Assembly: GCA_046583395.1 (NCBI GenBank)
Contig: JAYGCK010000090.1
Span: 1-58,055 of the forward strand
DNA: 58,055 nt
Reading direction: 5' to 3'
From: Deltaproteobacteria bacterium
Lineage (GTDB): Bacteria > Desulfobacterota > Binatia > UBA1149 > CAYXZP01
Shown here: piece after piece, positions 8,840 to 18,494 of the stretch
Position numbering within the stretch: position 1 is the first letter of the stretch
Layout: each line of letters opens with the position of its first letter
The notes under the pieces: model-generated
The model's input: only the letters and a program-made list of their open reading frames with translations
The model's database searches: none
Told to the model about the DNA's origin: nothing
Program-made: the position numbers and the translations under genes

Positions 8840-9775
8840 TCAGCTGTCCTGAGTCACAAGCTCTAACATGAACTTGGCCAATCGGCGGGCACGACCGACA
8901 TCACCGATCAATGTGTCGTGCTCGACAAGCTCGGGCCAACCCGGCTGCCGGCGCGAGGGCAGGTCGCCGGGGGCGACCACCAAGTGACCGGCCAGCCCCC
9001 GGTAGAACTCCGCGATGGCCGCGGTCCCACGGCCAAGCGACATCGACCGTAGCATTGCCGGAAGCGGACCCTTTACCGAGCGGCCACCGATGAGAGGACT
9101 GACTGCCACCACTCGCGAACGCGCCCGCCGGAGTGCCTGACGTATACCGGGTACGGTCAGCATCGGTGCGATGCTGACCAAGGGATTGCTGGGGGCGATG
9201 ACCACCGTCTTGGCCCGGGCAATGGCGCTAAGAACACCGGGGGCGGGGCGGGCACGAAGCGCCCCCGTAAAGCTCAGCCGCAAGACCTTGGGCCGGGCCC
9301 GCTCGCGCACAAGGTAGTGCTGGAAACTGAGCCGTCCCCGGTCGGTCACGGCCACGGTCCTGACCCTGTCGTCGCTCATCGGCAGCACCCGGGCCCGAAC
9401 CCCCCGCGCCTTGCAAATATCGCTGGTCACCTGGCTCAGCCGGCGTCCTCGGCCGAGCTGTTGGGTACGAAAGATATGGGTGGCCAGGTCGCGGTCACCG
9501 AGATTGAACCAGGCATCCTGGCCGGTCAGAACCTCGAGCTCGGCAAGGGCCGTAAAGCGGTCGCGGGCTATGCCCCAGCCGGTCCTGCGCGAGGCCATGC
9601 CGGCCAAGGTATAAACGATGGTATCTAGGTCGGGTGAGACCGACAGGCCGTAGAACTCGTCGTCATCGCCGGTGTTGACGATGACCGTAAGGTTCTCCGG
9701 GTCAGTTAAGCGTGCCAGTCCGCGCAGGAGCTTGGCTGCTCCCACGCCACCGGCCAGCATCGTAATGCCCGCCAC
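8840..9775 (-). CDS. cofD: 2-phospho-L-lactate/phosphoenolpyruvate transferase
   Basis: LAGGVGAAK, IVNTGDD, SPDLDT..YTLAG, WFNLGDRDLATH, LPMSDD, FQHYLV, PSNPLVSI. GTG 9775 with GGAGAGG SD. Confidence 0.95.
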   Translation of the reverse strand: MAGITMLAGGVGAAKLLRGLARLTDPENLTVIVNTGDDDEFYGLSVSPDLDTIVYTLAGMASRRTGWGIARDRFTALAELEVLTGQDAWFNLGDRDLATHIFRTQQLGRGRRLSQVTSDICKARGVRARVLPMSDDRVRTVAVTDRGRLSFQHYLVRERARPKVLRLSFTGALRARPAPGVLSAIARAKTVVIAPSNPLVSIAPMLTVPGIRQALRRARSRVVAVSPLIGGRSVKGPLPAMLRSMSLGRGTAAIAEFYRGLAGHLVVAPGDLPSRRQPGWPELVEHDTLIGDVGRARRLAKFMLELVTQDS

Positions 9776-10976
9776 CGTCCTCTCCCGGAGCACCGGTACC
9801 GTCGAGATGACCGTACAGGGTGTTGCGTTGTTGCGGTATGCGTCCCATCCGCGTGACCATCGCGCGTAGCTCCTCGACCGAGGTGTACTCGCCGGCATCT
9901 GCGCCGGCCTCGCGCGATATGCTCTCTTCCATCAGGGTCCCGCCAACATCGTTACAGCCGGCGGCCAAGGAGAGCGCGGCCAGTTCGTGGCCGAGCTTGA
10001 CCCAGGAGGTCTGCAAATTGTCGATAAGCCCACGCAACATCAGACGGCTGGTCGCGTAAACGGCCATATCGAGCTGCCCCTGCGGTATCGGCCGGACCCG
10101 GCCCTCGCGATAAAGCACGGTGTTCTGCCAGATGAACCTCAAGGGCACGAACTCCGTAAACCCTCCGGTCTCGGCCTGGAGCCGGCGCAAGAGGTCTATG
10201 TGACGGGCCACATGCAGCGGTGTTTCTATATGCCCGTACATCACCGTCGATGTGGTTGGCAGCCCCAGCTCATGGGCGGTACGGATAATCTCGGTCCAGT
10301 TGGCCACATCGAGCTTCTTGTGGCTTAGAATCTCGCGGACCTCGTCGTCGAGGATTTCGGCCGCGGTACCGGGCATGCTGCCCAGACCGGCCTCCATCAA
10401 CAGAGATATGAACTCGCGATAACCAAGCCGCATGCGGCGGGCACCGTACATCACCTCCATCGGAGAGAATGCGTGTATGTGGGTATCTGGGAAGGCCTCG
10501 TGTACCGCGCGCAGAATCTGCAGATATCCGTCATCGGGCATCTCGGGGTTGAGTCCGCCCTGCATGCATATCTCGGTGGCACCCCGTTCGATGCCCTGCT
10601 CGATGCGGCCCAGCACATTGTCCATGTCGTGCTCGTAGGCCTCTTCGTCTCCCTTTAGGTGGGCAAAGGCACAGAACTTACAGCCCACGAAACAGACGTT
10701 GGTCCAGTTTACGTTGCGGTTGACGACATAGGTCACTACCGGCCCGACATCGTCGGCCCTTATCCGGTCGGCCGTGGCGACCAGGGCCGAAAGCTCTTTG
10801 CCGCGTGTGTCAAGAAGCCTGACGGACTCTTCGACCGAGGGGCGGGTGCCGCCTAGCGCACGCTCGAGAATGCCCGCAAGGCCGGGGCTGACCGCGCCAA
10901 TCCGCTGCTCGAGACTGCGCTCATCGGTGAGCAAGAAGTCGACGTTGTCGGCGTTGGTCTCGGTCTCATAACTCAT
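9702..10976 (-). CDS. cofH: FO synthase subunit 2 (radical SAM)
   Basis: VTYVVNRNVNWTNVCxxxCxxCAF, TEICMQGG, HAFSPME, SMPGTAAEILDD, GGFTEFVPL, SWVKLG, NDVGGTLMEESISR.AG. Confidence 0.95.
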   Translation of the reverse strand: MSYETETNADNVDFLLTDERSLEQRIGAVSPGLAGILERALGGTRPSVEESVRLLDTRGKELSALVATADRIRADDVGPVVTYVVNRNVNWTNVCFVGCKFCAFAHLKGDEEAYEHDMDNVLGRIEQGIERGATEICMQGGLNPEMPDDGYLQILRAVHEAFPDTHIHAFSPMEVMYGARRMRLGYREFISLLMEAGLGSMPGTAAEILDDEVREILSHKKLDVANWTEIIRTAHELGLPTTSTVMYGHIETPLHVARHIDLLRRLQAETGGFTEFVPLRFIWQNTVLYREGRVRPIPQGQLDMAVYATSRLMLRGLIDNLQTSWVKLGHELAALSLAAGCNDVGGTLMEESISREAGADAGEYTSVEELRAMVTRMGRIPQQRNTLYGHLDGTGAPGEDGGGHYDAGRWRGSSQAPARTGTLN

Positions 10977-12136
10977 GATGCGCTGGCCTCTAGCCGCGTG
11001 TCACTTCTGGCCGCGACGGCCTCGGTCATGGCCGGCGCCATGAACTCATCGTTTAGGAACTCATCATAGACCGGCAGGCGAGGGACAAGCTCGAAGCCTT
11101 CCTCGCCACAGGTCTCGGCCAGGCGGTCGATGTGCGGCCAGGGCGCCTCGGGGTTAACGTAGTCCATTGTAAGAGGGGAGATGCCTCCCCAATCGTTTAT
11201 GCCCGCATGGATGAGCCGGCGGTGTGCGGCCGGGCTAAGATTTGGAGGAGCCTGCAGGCTGGTCTCTTCGCCCAAAATAAGCCGTGCGATGGCCACGCTG
11301 CGCACCATCTCGTCATCACCGGGCTCGGAGGCCTCCGACATACCGGTCTCGGGCTTGGCGCGAAAGTTCTGGACGATGACCTCTTGGATATGTCCGTAGC
11401 GGCGGTGTAGGCCGCGTATCGCGAGCAAACTGGCAATGCGCTCGGCCTCGGTCTCGCCGATGCCGATAAGGATACCGGTGGTAAAGGGGATACGCAGCTG
11501 GCCAGCCTCCTCGATCATTTGCAGTCTGGCCGACGGTTCTTTGTCGGGCGCCCAGGCGTGCGGCATGCCGCGGCCGCGAAGGCGAGGGCTGATGTTCTCC
11601 AGCATCAGGCCCATGCTCACGTTGAGCGGGCGCAGCATGGCCATCTCGTCCTTGCTGAGCAACCCGGCGTTGGTGTGCGGGAGTAAGCCCTCGTCGAGCG
11701 CCAGCCTACAGGCCAACGCGACATACTCGGCGGTTGAATTGCAGCCATACGACCCCAAGAGGTCTTTGAAGCCACGGAAGGCGACCTCGGGCTTGTCGCC
11801 CAAACACATTAGCGCCTCTATGCAGCCGAGACGGCGTCCGCGCACCGACCAATCGCTTATCTCGGCCGGGCTCATCGTCCACTCACCGGGCTGTCCGGGG
11901 TCGCGGCGGAAGGTGCAGTAGGTGCAACGGTCGCGACAGAGATTGGTGACCGGCAAGAAGACCTTGGGCGAATATGTCAGTGTCGTTGGCCAGCGACGGT
12001 CGCGCACGGCGGCGGCGGCGGCCAGCAGTTCGTCGGTACGGTCTGCCTCTATCTGAGTGAGCGTGTAGGCCTCGTTGTCGGAAAGGCCCTTGCCCGACCG
12101 GGCCTGTTGCAGGGCTAGTCTAGCCGGGTCGGTCAT
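10973..12136 (-). CDS. cofG: FO synthase subunit 1 (radical SAM)
   Basis: TYSPKVFLPVTNLCRDRCTYCTF, LLPHTNAG, SMGLMLE, PFTTGILIGIGE, HIQEVIVQNF, QAPPNL, GINDWGGISP, NPEAPWP. Confidence 0.95.
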   Translation of the reverse strand: MTDPARLALQQARSGKGLSDNEAYTLTQIEADRTDELLAAAAAVRDRRWPTTLTYSPKVFLPVTNLCRDRCTYCTFRRDPGQPGEWTMSPAEISDWSVRGRRLGCIEALMCLGDKPEVAFRGFKDLLGSYGCNSTAEYVALACRLALDEGLLPHTNAGLLSKDEMAMLRPLNVSMGLMLENISPRLRGRGMPHAWAPDKEPSARLQMIEEAGQLRIPFTTGILIGIGETEAERIASLLAIRGLHRRYGHIQEVIVQNFRAKPETGMSEASEPGDDEMVRSVAIARLILGEETSLQAPPNLSPAAHRRLIHAGINDWGGISPLTMDYVNPEAPWPHIDRLAETCGEEGFELVPRLPVYDEFLNDEFMAPAMTEAVAARSDTRLEASAS

Positions 12137-12142
12137 GGGCGG

Positions 12143-12171
12143 CTTCTACGGGAGCGCCCCCAGGTTGTCAA
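12143..12171 (-). promoter_or_regulatory. Sigma70-like promoter for a leaderless cofG operon transcript
   Basis: TTGACA-17nt-TAGAAG-6nt-ATG. Confidence 0.55.
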
Positions 12172-12179
12172 CGAGGTTC

Positions 12180-13577
12180 TCAGTTCTCCACCGCCTCTAT
12201 CCCGAGCTTGTCCATGCGGTACTTGAGTATACGGCGGGTGGTGCCGAGCTTCTCAGCCGCACGGGTCTGATTGAAGCGAACGCGTTCTAGAGCCTCGCCG
12301 ATTATTTCGCGTTCGAACTCATCGACGGCATCGGCAAGCGTTGTTTGCCCGGCCAATACCAGCTCGCGTGGCTGACCCGCTGCACCGTTGCCGGGCCGGG
12401 CGCCGTCGAGCAGACCGCCTGGAAGATGATTAGTGTCGATGGTGCCGTTGCCCGGCACAAGCACCATCATGCGTTCGATGACATTTTCCAGCTCACGCAC
12501 ATTGCCGGGCCAGGTGTGGGCCAGGAGCGCATCGACCACCGCCGGGCTCAACTCGCGGCGCGGCACCTTTAGCTCGTCCGACTTGCGCTCGACGAAGTGG
12601 GCAATCAGGCTGGGAACGTCCTCGAGACGCTCGCGCAACGGCGGGACCTCTATGGAAACCACATTTAGACGGTAGTACAGGTCGGCGCGGAAACGGTCCT
12701 CTTCGATGTCCGCAATTAGGTCGCGATTGGTCGCGGCCACCACCCGTACATCGACCAAGATAGGCTTGTCGCCGCCGACCCGCCTTATCTCGCCCTGTTC
12801 GAGCACACGTAACATCTTGGCCTGAAGGGCGGGGCTCATCTCGCCTATCTCGTCGAGGAATATCGTGCCGCCGTCGGCGTGTTCGAACTGGCCTAGCTTG
12901 CGTTCGTGGGCATCGGTGAACGAGCCCTTCTCGTGACCGAACAGTTCGCTCTCGAGCAGGCTCTCCGGGATGGCCGCGCAGTTGAGCGTGACCATGGAAT
13001 GCCCGGCACGCGGCCCGCCGTAGTGGAGCGCCTTGGCAAACAGCTCCTTGCCGGTCCCGGACTCGCCGGTAACAAGCACCGTGGTCTTCATCGGCGCCAC
13101 CCTTTCGATGGTCTCGAACAGCTCCTGCATACACGGCGCCCGGCCGATTATGTTCTCCACGCTGTAACGCTGGCCGACCTCGCCGCGTAGCCTTCGAACC
13201 TCGCGCTTTAGAGCCGAAGTGTCGGCGGCGCGCTGGGCCACGATGCGAATCTCATCGACATCGAAGGGCTTGGTTATGTAATCGAAGGCGCCGAGCTTCA
13301 TCGCCTTGACGGCGGTCTTTACGGTCTTGGTGGCCGTCAGCATCACCACCGGCGTATCAGCATCGCGTGCGCGCAAGGTCTCGAGCACCTCGAGACCGTC
13401 GATGCCGGGCATCAGTATGTCGAGGAACACTACGGTGGCCCGTTCGGAGGCCAGCCATTCGAGCGCCGCCTCGCCAGTGTCCACCGTTACCGGGTCGAAG
13501 TCGTCCTGCAGCACCAAACGCAAGGACTCGCGGACCCCTTTTTCGTCGTCAACTATTAGAGCCTTGGGCTTTGCCAT
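12180..13577 (-). CDS. Sigma-54-dependent response regulator (NtrC/AtoC family)
   Basis: Receiver (VDDE, LDILMP, KPF), Walker A GESGTGKE, ESELFGHEKGSFTDA, FLDEIGE, FRADLYYRL, WPGNVREL, Fis-type HTH. Confidence 0.95.
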   Translation of the reverse strand: MAKPKALIVDDEKGVRESLRLVLQDDFDPVTVDTGEAALEWLASERATVVFLDILMPGIDGLEVLETLRARDADTPVVMLTATKTVKTAVKAMKLGAFDYITKPFDVDEIRIVAQRAADTSALKREVRRLRGEVGQRYSVENIIGRAPCMQELFETIERVAPMKTTVLVTGESGTGKELFAKALHYGGPRAGHSMVTLNCAAIPESLLESELFGHEKGSFTDAHERKLGQFEHADGGTIFLDEIGEMSPALQAKMLRVLEQGEIRRVGGDKPILVDVRVVAATNRDLIADIEEDRFRADLYYRLNVVSIEVPPLRERLEDVPSLIAHFVERKSDELKVPRRELSPAVVDALLAHTWPGNVRELENVIERMMVLVPGNGTIDTNHLPGGLLDGARPGNGAAGQPRELVLAGQTTLADAVDEFEREIIGEALERVRFNQTRAAEKLGTTRRILKYRMDKLGIEAVEN

Positions 13578-15303
13578 CTTCCTCCTCCTCTTCGATACCG
13601 GAGAACTCCAGGGCCACCTTCATCGACCCGCCTTCTAGGGTGGCCGTAAGACGGGCCCCCTCGTCCTGGGCCAGCATCTGTGCAAGGGCCGTCTGCCAGG
13701 GCAGGGCCGATTCTCCGACCCGTTGCAGTCCGGCCGCACCGCCTCGGGCGCGCTCGACATGAACCTTCAGCGTTGCCGGCTCTTCAAAAGCGAGTCCGAC
13801 CGGTTCTCCTCCACTCTCGCTTGCCGCGGCCGCAAGAACACAGCGCAGCATCAAACGAACGCGGCCACGGTCTGCATGGACGCGGGGAGCAACGCTGGCC
13901 GGTTCGACCACAACCTTGGCGCCGAAGTCGGCCCCGACCAAGGTCTCCGAGACCAACTCCTCGAGGTCCAAGGCCTTGGCGACGCGCTCTCCGAGCTGAC
14001 CCGGGCCTTCGAGCAGTCCGGCAAGCTCATCAAGGCCGTTACACCCGGCAAGGGCCTCGGTGATAAGCCCGCCGAGCTGCTCGTCGGGTTCTTCGCGCGC
14101 GGCCAGGAACTGTAGCACGGTCGAGACCGGAGTAAGCCCATTCCTCAACTCGTGGCTGAGAGAGGCCGCCAGACCGGCAAAGCTGGCCTGCTCGGACCCA
14201 TCACCGGGGCGAAGCGGTGAAACCGGCAGACTGCGGCCGGTACCGGTCTCGGCACGGCCGGGCAGGGGACCGTCATCGTTGGTAAACCGTATGTCGTTTC
14301 GGTCGAGGAGCAGATGCCCTGTAACGTTTTCCAAACGCACCAGGCTACGGACAAGTACCGACTCCAACTCGACCAGGTTACCCGGCCACATGTAGTCCTG
14401 TAAAAGTTCGGCAGCACCCGGGGCAAGCGACACACCCCCAACGCCGAGACGGGCTGCGGCACGAGCCAACAACAGTTCGACCATCGGGGCAATGGCCAGC
14501 TGGCGCTCACGCAGGGGGGCAAGCTGCACGGTCAGCGCGGACATGCGCTGATAGAGGCCGGGCGAGAATCTGCCACCGACCGCATCCTCGGCCGGGTCGG
14601 CCGTGGTGGTGGCCAGCAGCCGCAGGCCCGGCTCGGTCTCAAGCAGGGAGACCAGCGTGTCCTGTTGTTCTCGCTCTGCGCTGTCGATGCCGTGGACCAA
14701 CAGCCATGTAGGCTCGAGCCTGGCCTTGGCGGCTCGCTCCAATAGGGCAGTCAGCGTCGTGGCACCCTGCCAGTGAGTAAGCCCGGTCCTTTCGGGCACA
14801 CGGCGGGCCAGTTCTGCGAGCATGCGGCGGCGTCCGCTGCCTTCCTCACCGATTAGCCAGACCGGCCCATCGACTAAAGCAGCGCGGCTGAGAACAGAGG
14901 CCTGGGCCTGGGAAACGAAGGGAAAGTCGAGCCAACCCTCGGCCGGAGCCTGTGCGGGCTCGCCGCCGGGCCGCCCGGCCATGGTCCGGGCCAACCCACG
15001 CTTAATGACCACACGTAGTTCTAGGGGGTCGAAGGGCTTGCGCAGAACCACCAGGCCCGGCCCCTCGGCCAGTCCTTTGGGAAGCGGACGGCGCTGGTCG
15101 ACCAACACCACCACCGGCATGGCTAGACCGGCAAGCCCGGCAAGGGGAACCGTTCCGGCCGAATCCAGGTCGTAGATGAGCAGATCATGGCCAGCCGAAG
15201 AGTCCAGGTCGGGAACCGGCAGGACCTGGTGGACCCTGCCGGCCAAGGCCTCGACAGTGGCCAGGCTCTTGCGGGCCGGGTCGAGCAGGGCCAGCCTAGC
15301 CAC
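13549..15303 (-). CDS. Atypical hybrid: degenerate receiver + degenerate sigma-54 AAA+ + HisKA/degenerate HATPase
   Basis: LIYDL...LRKPFD (receiver remnant); GEEGSGRRR, FSPGLYQRM, LAPLRER, WPGNLVEL (AAA+ remnant without GAFTGA or Walker B); LSHELRNGLTPV (H-box). Confidence 0.7.
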   Translation of the reverse strand: MARLALLDPARKSLATVEALAGRVHQVLPVPDLDSSAGHDLLIYDLDSAGTVPLAGLAGLAMPVVVLVDQRRPLPKGLAEGPGLVVLRKPFDPLELRVVIKRGLARTMAGRPGGEPAQAPAEGWLDFPFVSQAQASVLSRAALVDGPVWLIGEEGSGRRRMLAELARRVPERTGLTHWQGATTLTALLERAAKARLEPTWLLVHGIDSAEREQQDTLVSLLETEPGLRLLATTTADPAEDAVGGRFSPGLYQRMSALTVQLAPLRERQLAIAPMVELLLARAAARLGVGGVSLAPGAAELLQDYMWPGNLVELESVLVRSLVRLENVTGHLLLDRNDIRFTNDDGPLPGRAETGTGRSLPVSPLRPGDGSEQASFAGLAASLSHELRNGLTPVSTVLQFLAAREEPDEQLGGLITEALAGCNGLDELAGLLEGPGQLGERVAKALDLEELVSETLVGADFGAKVVVEPASVAPRVHADRGRVRLMLRCVLAAAASESGGEPVGLAFEEPATLKVHVERARGGAAGLQRVGESALPWQTALAQMLAQDEGARLTATLEGGSMKVALEFSGIEEEEEDGKAQGSNS

Positions 15304-16132
15304 TGGCTATCATCACCTGGACATCCTCGGCACCGGCGTTGTCTTCGACCAGGACCGGCAAACAGACCCGGAACAGGGTGCCCGACGGAAGGCGTTCCTC
15401 TATTTCCACGCGGCCGTCGTGACGCGCGACTATCTCGGCCACGATTGAAAGGCCGAGGCCGGTGCCCTCCTCACGGGTGGTATAGAAGGGTTCGAAGATG
15501 GCCTCGCGCAGTTCGGGCGCAATGCCCGGGCCGCTGTCGCCGACCTCTATTAGAACGGCCCCGGCGGTCTCTCTGAGCCCGAGAGTGACCCGTCCGTTCC
15601 TGCCGGCCGCGTCCATGGCGTTGAGGACCAGGTTCATCACGACCTGCTTTATCTGGTCCTGGTCGGCCAGCACCGGTTGGGCGGACTCGGGCAGGCCGCT
15701 CTTGAACTCGATTCCGCGGTCCTTGGCCTGCGCCTCGAGCAACAGCACGATGCTTTCGAGCGTGGCCGCGAGGTCGGAAGGCTCGAAGGAGGCATGGCGG
15801 GGACGCGCGACGTCGAGAAGCTCGTTTATGAGCACGGTGATGCGTTCGACCTCCGAAAGGGTCAGCTCGAGGAACTTGGTTCGGAACTCGTGGTCGTCGA
15901 AGCGCTCGGGCAGGAGCTGGGTGAAGGTCTGTATGGAGACCAGCGGGTTGCGAATCTCGTGAGCCAGGCCGGCCGTCATGGTGCCGAGCGAAGAGAGCCG
16001 GTCGGCCCGTTCAAGCAGTTGGCGGCTGCGGGCCAGCTTGGCCTCTAAAAGGCGACGACGACGGTGCTCAACGACAAGCAGTCCGGCCAGGACGACCAAG
16101 ACTCCGACAACGATCATCCCCACAAGACCCAC
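15296..16132 (-). CDS. Sensor histidine kinase with one TM helix and no sensor domain
   Basis: H-box LAHEIRNPL, N-box QVVMNLVLNA, G1 DSGPGI, F-box IFEPFYTT, G2 GTGLGL. Confidence 0.92.
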   Translation of the reverse strand: MGLVGMIVVGVLVVLAGLLVVEHRRRRLLEAKLARSRQLLERADRLSSLGTMTAGLAHEIRNPLVSIQTFTQLLPERFDDHEFRTKFLELTLSEVERITVLINELLDVARPRHASFEPSDLAATLESIVLLLEAQAKDRGIEFKSGLPESAQPVLADQDQIKQVVMNLVLNAMDAAGRNGRVTLGLRETAGAVLIEVGDSGPGIAPELREAIFEPFYTTREEGTGLGLSIVAEIVARHDGRVEIEERLPSGTLFRVCLPVLVEDNAGAEDVQVMIASG

Positions 16133-16179
16133 CCAAACACCGCGACTGAAGGGTACCGTACAAAACCGTACGGCGCCAC

Positions 16180-16539
16180 TTATTCACCCGCACTAACGGA
16201 GTAATCGGGGGCTTCGGGCACCAGACGGCGGCGCAATAGGGCGCCCATACACATCGACACCCCCAGGACCGAGAGCAGGACGCCACCGCGATAGACCACC
16301 TGGTAGTATTCCCGCTTGAGCCGTGCGCTCTCGTAGCGCTCATGGGCCTGGCCGCGTTCCTCGAGAATGGAGGCCGTGCCGCGAAACGGCCGTTCGACGG
16401 CCGGGCCGCCGGCCTGCCGGGCCCGCGCCATCGACACTTCGTACTGTTCGACCTTGCGCCCGGCCATAGCCCAATTGCCCAGGCCGAGTATGACCAAGGC
16501 CAGACCGGCAACCAGCACGCGCGAGGAACGACGGACCAT
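16180..16539 (-). CDS. Small two-TM membrane protein
   Basis: Hydrophobic helices at both ends around a charged loop of about 60 aa; co-oriented upstream of the kinase; preceded by TTGACG-17-TAAGTC-6-ATG. Confidence 0.65.
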   Translation of the reverse strand: MVRRSSRVLVAGLALVILGLGNWAMAGRKVEQYEVSMARARQAGGPAVERPFRGTASILEERGQAHERYESARLKREYYQVVYRGGVLLSVLGVSMCMGALLRRRLVPEAPDYSVSAGE

Positions 16540-16620
16540 GTGGCCGACTTAGCCCCAGGAAGGGCGACCGTCAACAGGACCGTTTGAGCGCCGCCAGGGC
16601 GGCAGATATCGTCCCCGGCC

Positions 16621-17283
16621 GTGCAGGTAGCCGACTGGGGAAGCATAGATTACGAGCTGGCGCTGGCCCGCCAACGCGCGCTGGCCGCCGGCGTGGCCCG
16701 GGGACAGGCCGCCCCCGTCATCGTCTCGTGCCAACACCCGGCCACGGTCACGCTGGGCCGCCACGCCCCCAAGACCGATGTTCTGGTCGACACAGAGGCG
16801 CTGGCCGGCCAGGGCATAGGGCTGGTGCGCAGCGACCGCGGCGGCCGGGCGACCTTTCACGGGCCGGGGCAAGCGGTGGTCTATCCGATAGTTAGGCTGG
16901 CCGACCACCGCCTTTCGGTAAAGGGCTGGGTCGCCTTGCTTGAGGAGCGGGCCGCACACTGCCTGGAGACCGCCGGGGTGCCGGTCCAGAAGCGCTGTCA
17001 GGGCCCGGGGCTATGGGCGGCCGGGGGCAAGATTGCATCGATAGGCCTACGTATCGTCCGTGGGGTGAGCTACCACGGCATGGCCATCAACGTCAGCTTG
17101 GATGTCTCGGCCTTCGATTGTATCGTCACATGCGGCGCGCCCGATGCGGCAGTGACCGACATCAGGCGCGAAACGGGCATCGAGCTCGACACCGACGGTC
17201 TCGGCCGGGACCTGGCGCAGGACATCGCGGCCGCACTTACCGCGCAAGCGACTACAAGCATCAATGAGCAGGCCCAAGCGTAA
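16621..17283 (+). CDS. lipB: Lipoyl(octanoyl) transferase
   Basis: QHPATVTLGR, RGGRATFHGPGQ..YPI, KIASIG, SYHGMAIN, F..I..CG. Confidence 0.93.
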   Translation: MQVADWGSIDYELALARQRALAAGVARGQAAPVIVSCQHPATVTLGRHAPKTDVLVDTEALAGQGIGLVRSDRGGRATFHGPGQAVVYPIVRLADHRLSVKGWVALLEERAAHCLETAGVPVQKRCQGPGLWAAGGKIASIGLRIVRGVSYHGMAINVSLDVSAFDCIVTCGAPDAAVTDIRRETGIELDTDGLGRDLAQDIAAALTAQATTSINEQAQA

Positions 17284-18259
17284 CAGCGACGAACTGCTAG
17301 AGGCCATGCTCGGTGGCGACCGCGTGGCGCTTGCCCGTCTTATCACGCGGGTCGAAAACCGCGGGTCGGGCACCGCCGCGCTGATGTCGAAGGTCTACGA
17401 GCGTTGCGGCCGGGCTTTTACCATCGGCATCACCGGACCTCCCGGGGCCGGCAAATCGACCATAACCAACTGCCTGATAGGACACCTGCGTGAGCAGCAA
17501 AAGACCGTGGGCGTGGTCGCCATCGACCCATCGAGCCCGTTTACCGGCGGTTCGGTCCTGGGCGACCGAATACGCATGCAAAAACACTTCCTCGACCCCG
17601 AGGTGTTCATAAGGAGCCTGTCGACACGCGGAAGCCACGGCGGACTGGCCCGCTCGGGGCGCGACGTCACACGCCTGTTCGACGCCTTCGGCAAGGACGT
17701 GGTCATCATGGAAACGGTAGGGGTCGGCCAGACCGAACTCGACATCATGGAGGTGGCCGACACCGTCATCGTAGTGCTGGTCCCCGAGTCAGGCGACACG
17801 GTGCAGGTAATGAAGGCCGGGTTATTGGAGATTGCCGACGTGTTCGTGGTCAACAAGGCCGACCGCGAAGGAGCGGTACGCATGCGTACCGAGCTCGAAA
17901 TGATGCTCAGCCTCAAGGCCTCCGACGACGGTGACCAGTGGCAGGTGCCGGTGCTGATGACAACGGCGTCCTCGGGCCAGGGCACGACCGAAGTGCTCGA
18001 GGCCTGCGTCGAACATCACGGACATATAGATTCGGAACCGCGCCAACGGCACCGCCGCGAACGGCTCAAGGCCGAGGTGTTGGAAATATGCGAGGAGGAA
18101 ATGATGCGCAGACTCCGCGGTCTGGCCGACCAGGGCCGGCTGGCCGAGCTTCTAGACGGGGTGGGCGAGGGCACCAACGACCCCTACAGGGCCGCGCTCG
18201 AAATACTGTCGAAGGACGGCGCGATGGCCGCCGCACTCTCGGACAAGACCAAGGACTGA
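17264..18259 (+). CDS. meaB: Methylmalonyl-CoA mutase-associated GTPase (MeaB/ArgK)
   Basis: LARLIT.VE, GITGPPGAGKST, AIDPSSPFTGGSVLGDRIRM, ETVGVGQ, KAGLLEIAD..VVNKAD. Confidence 0.93.
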   Translation: MSRPKRNSDELLEAMLGGDRVALARLITRVENRGSGTAALMSKVYERCGRAFTIGITGPPGAGKSTITNCLIGHLREQQKTVGVVAIDPSSPFTGGSVLGDRIRMQKHFLDPEVFIRSLSTRGSHGGLARSGRDVTRLFDAFGKDVVIMETVGVGQTELDIMEVADTVIVVLVPESGDTVQVMKAGLLEIADVFVVNKADREGAVRMRTELEMMLSLKASDDGDQWQVPVLMTTASSGQGTTEVLEACVEHHGHIDSEPRQRHRRERLKAEVLEICEEEMMRRLRGLADQGRLAELLDGVGEGTNDPYRAALEILSKDGAMAAALSDKTKD

Positions 18260-18326
18260 CCGGCGGCTTGCCGCGCTCCTTCGACCTTTACTTTTGCCGC
18301 TGCGGCGGCAAGCATCCGCGTTTCGT

Positions 18327-18403
18327 GGCGAGGTAGCTCAGGTGGTTAGAGCGAGGGTCTCATAATCCCTAGGTCGTGAGTTCGAGTCTCACCTTCGCCT
18401 CCA
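18327..18403 (+). tRNA. tRNA-Met(CAT), probably elongator
   Basis: GGCGAGG/CTTCGCC acceptor with G1:C72 paired (so not initiator); anticodon loop CTCATAA; T-loop TTCGAGT; encoded CCA. Ile2 not strictly excluded. Confidence 0.92.
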
Positions 18404-18494
18404 TTTTTCCCGATTCGATTTACACAGCACGCTCACCGTCTCGAGGGTCATCCAAGGTCCGCACGGCAGCAACTTCGGCCACGAGTCCCGCACC

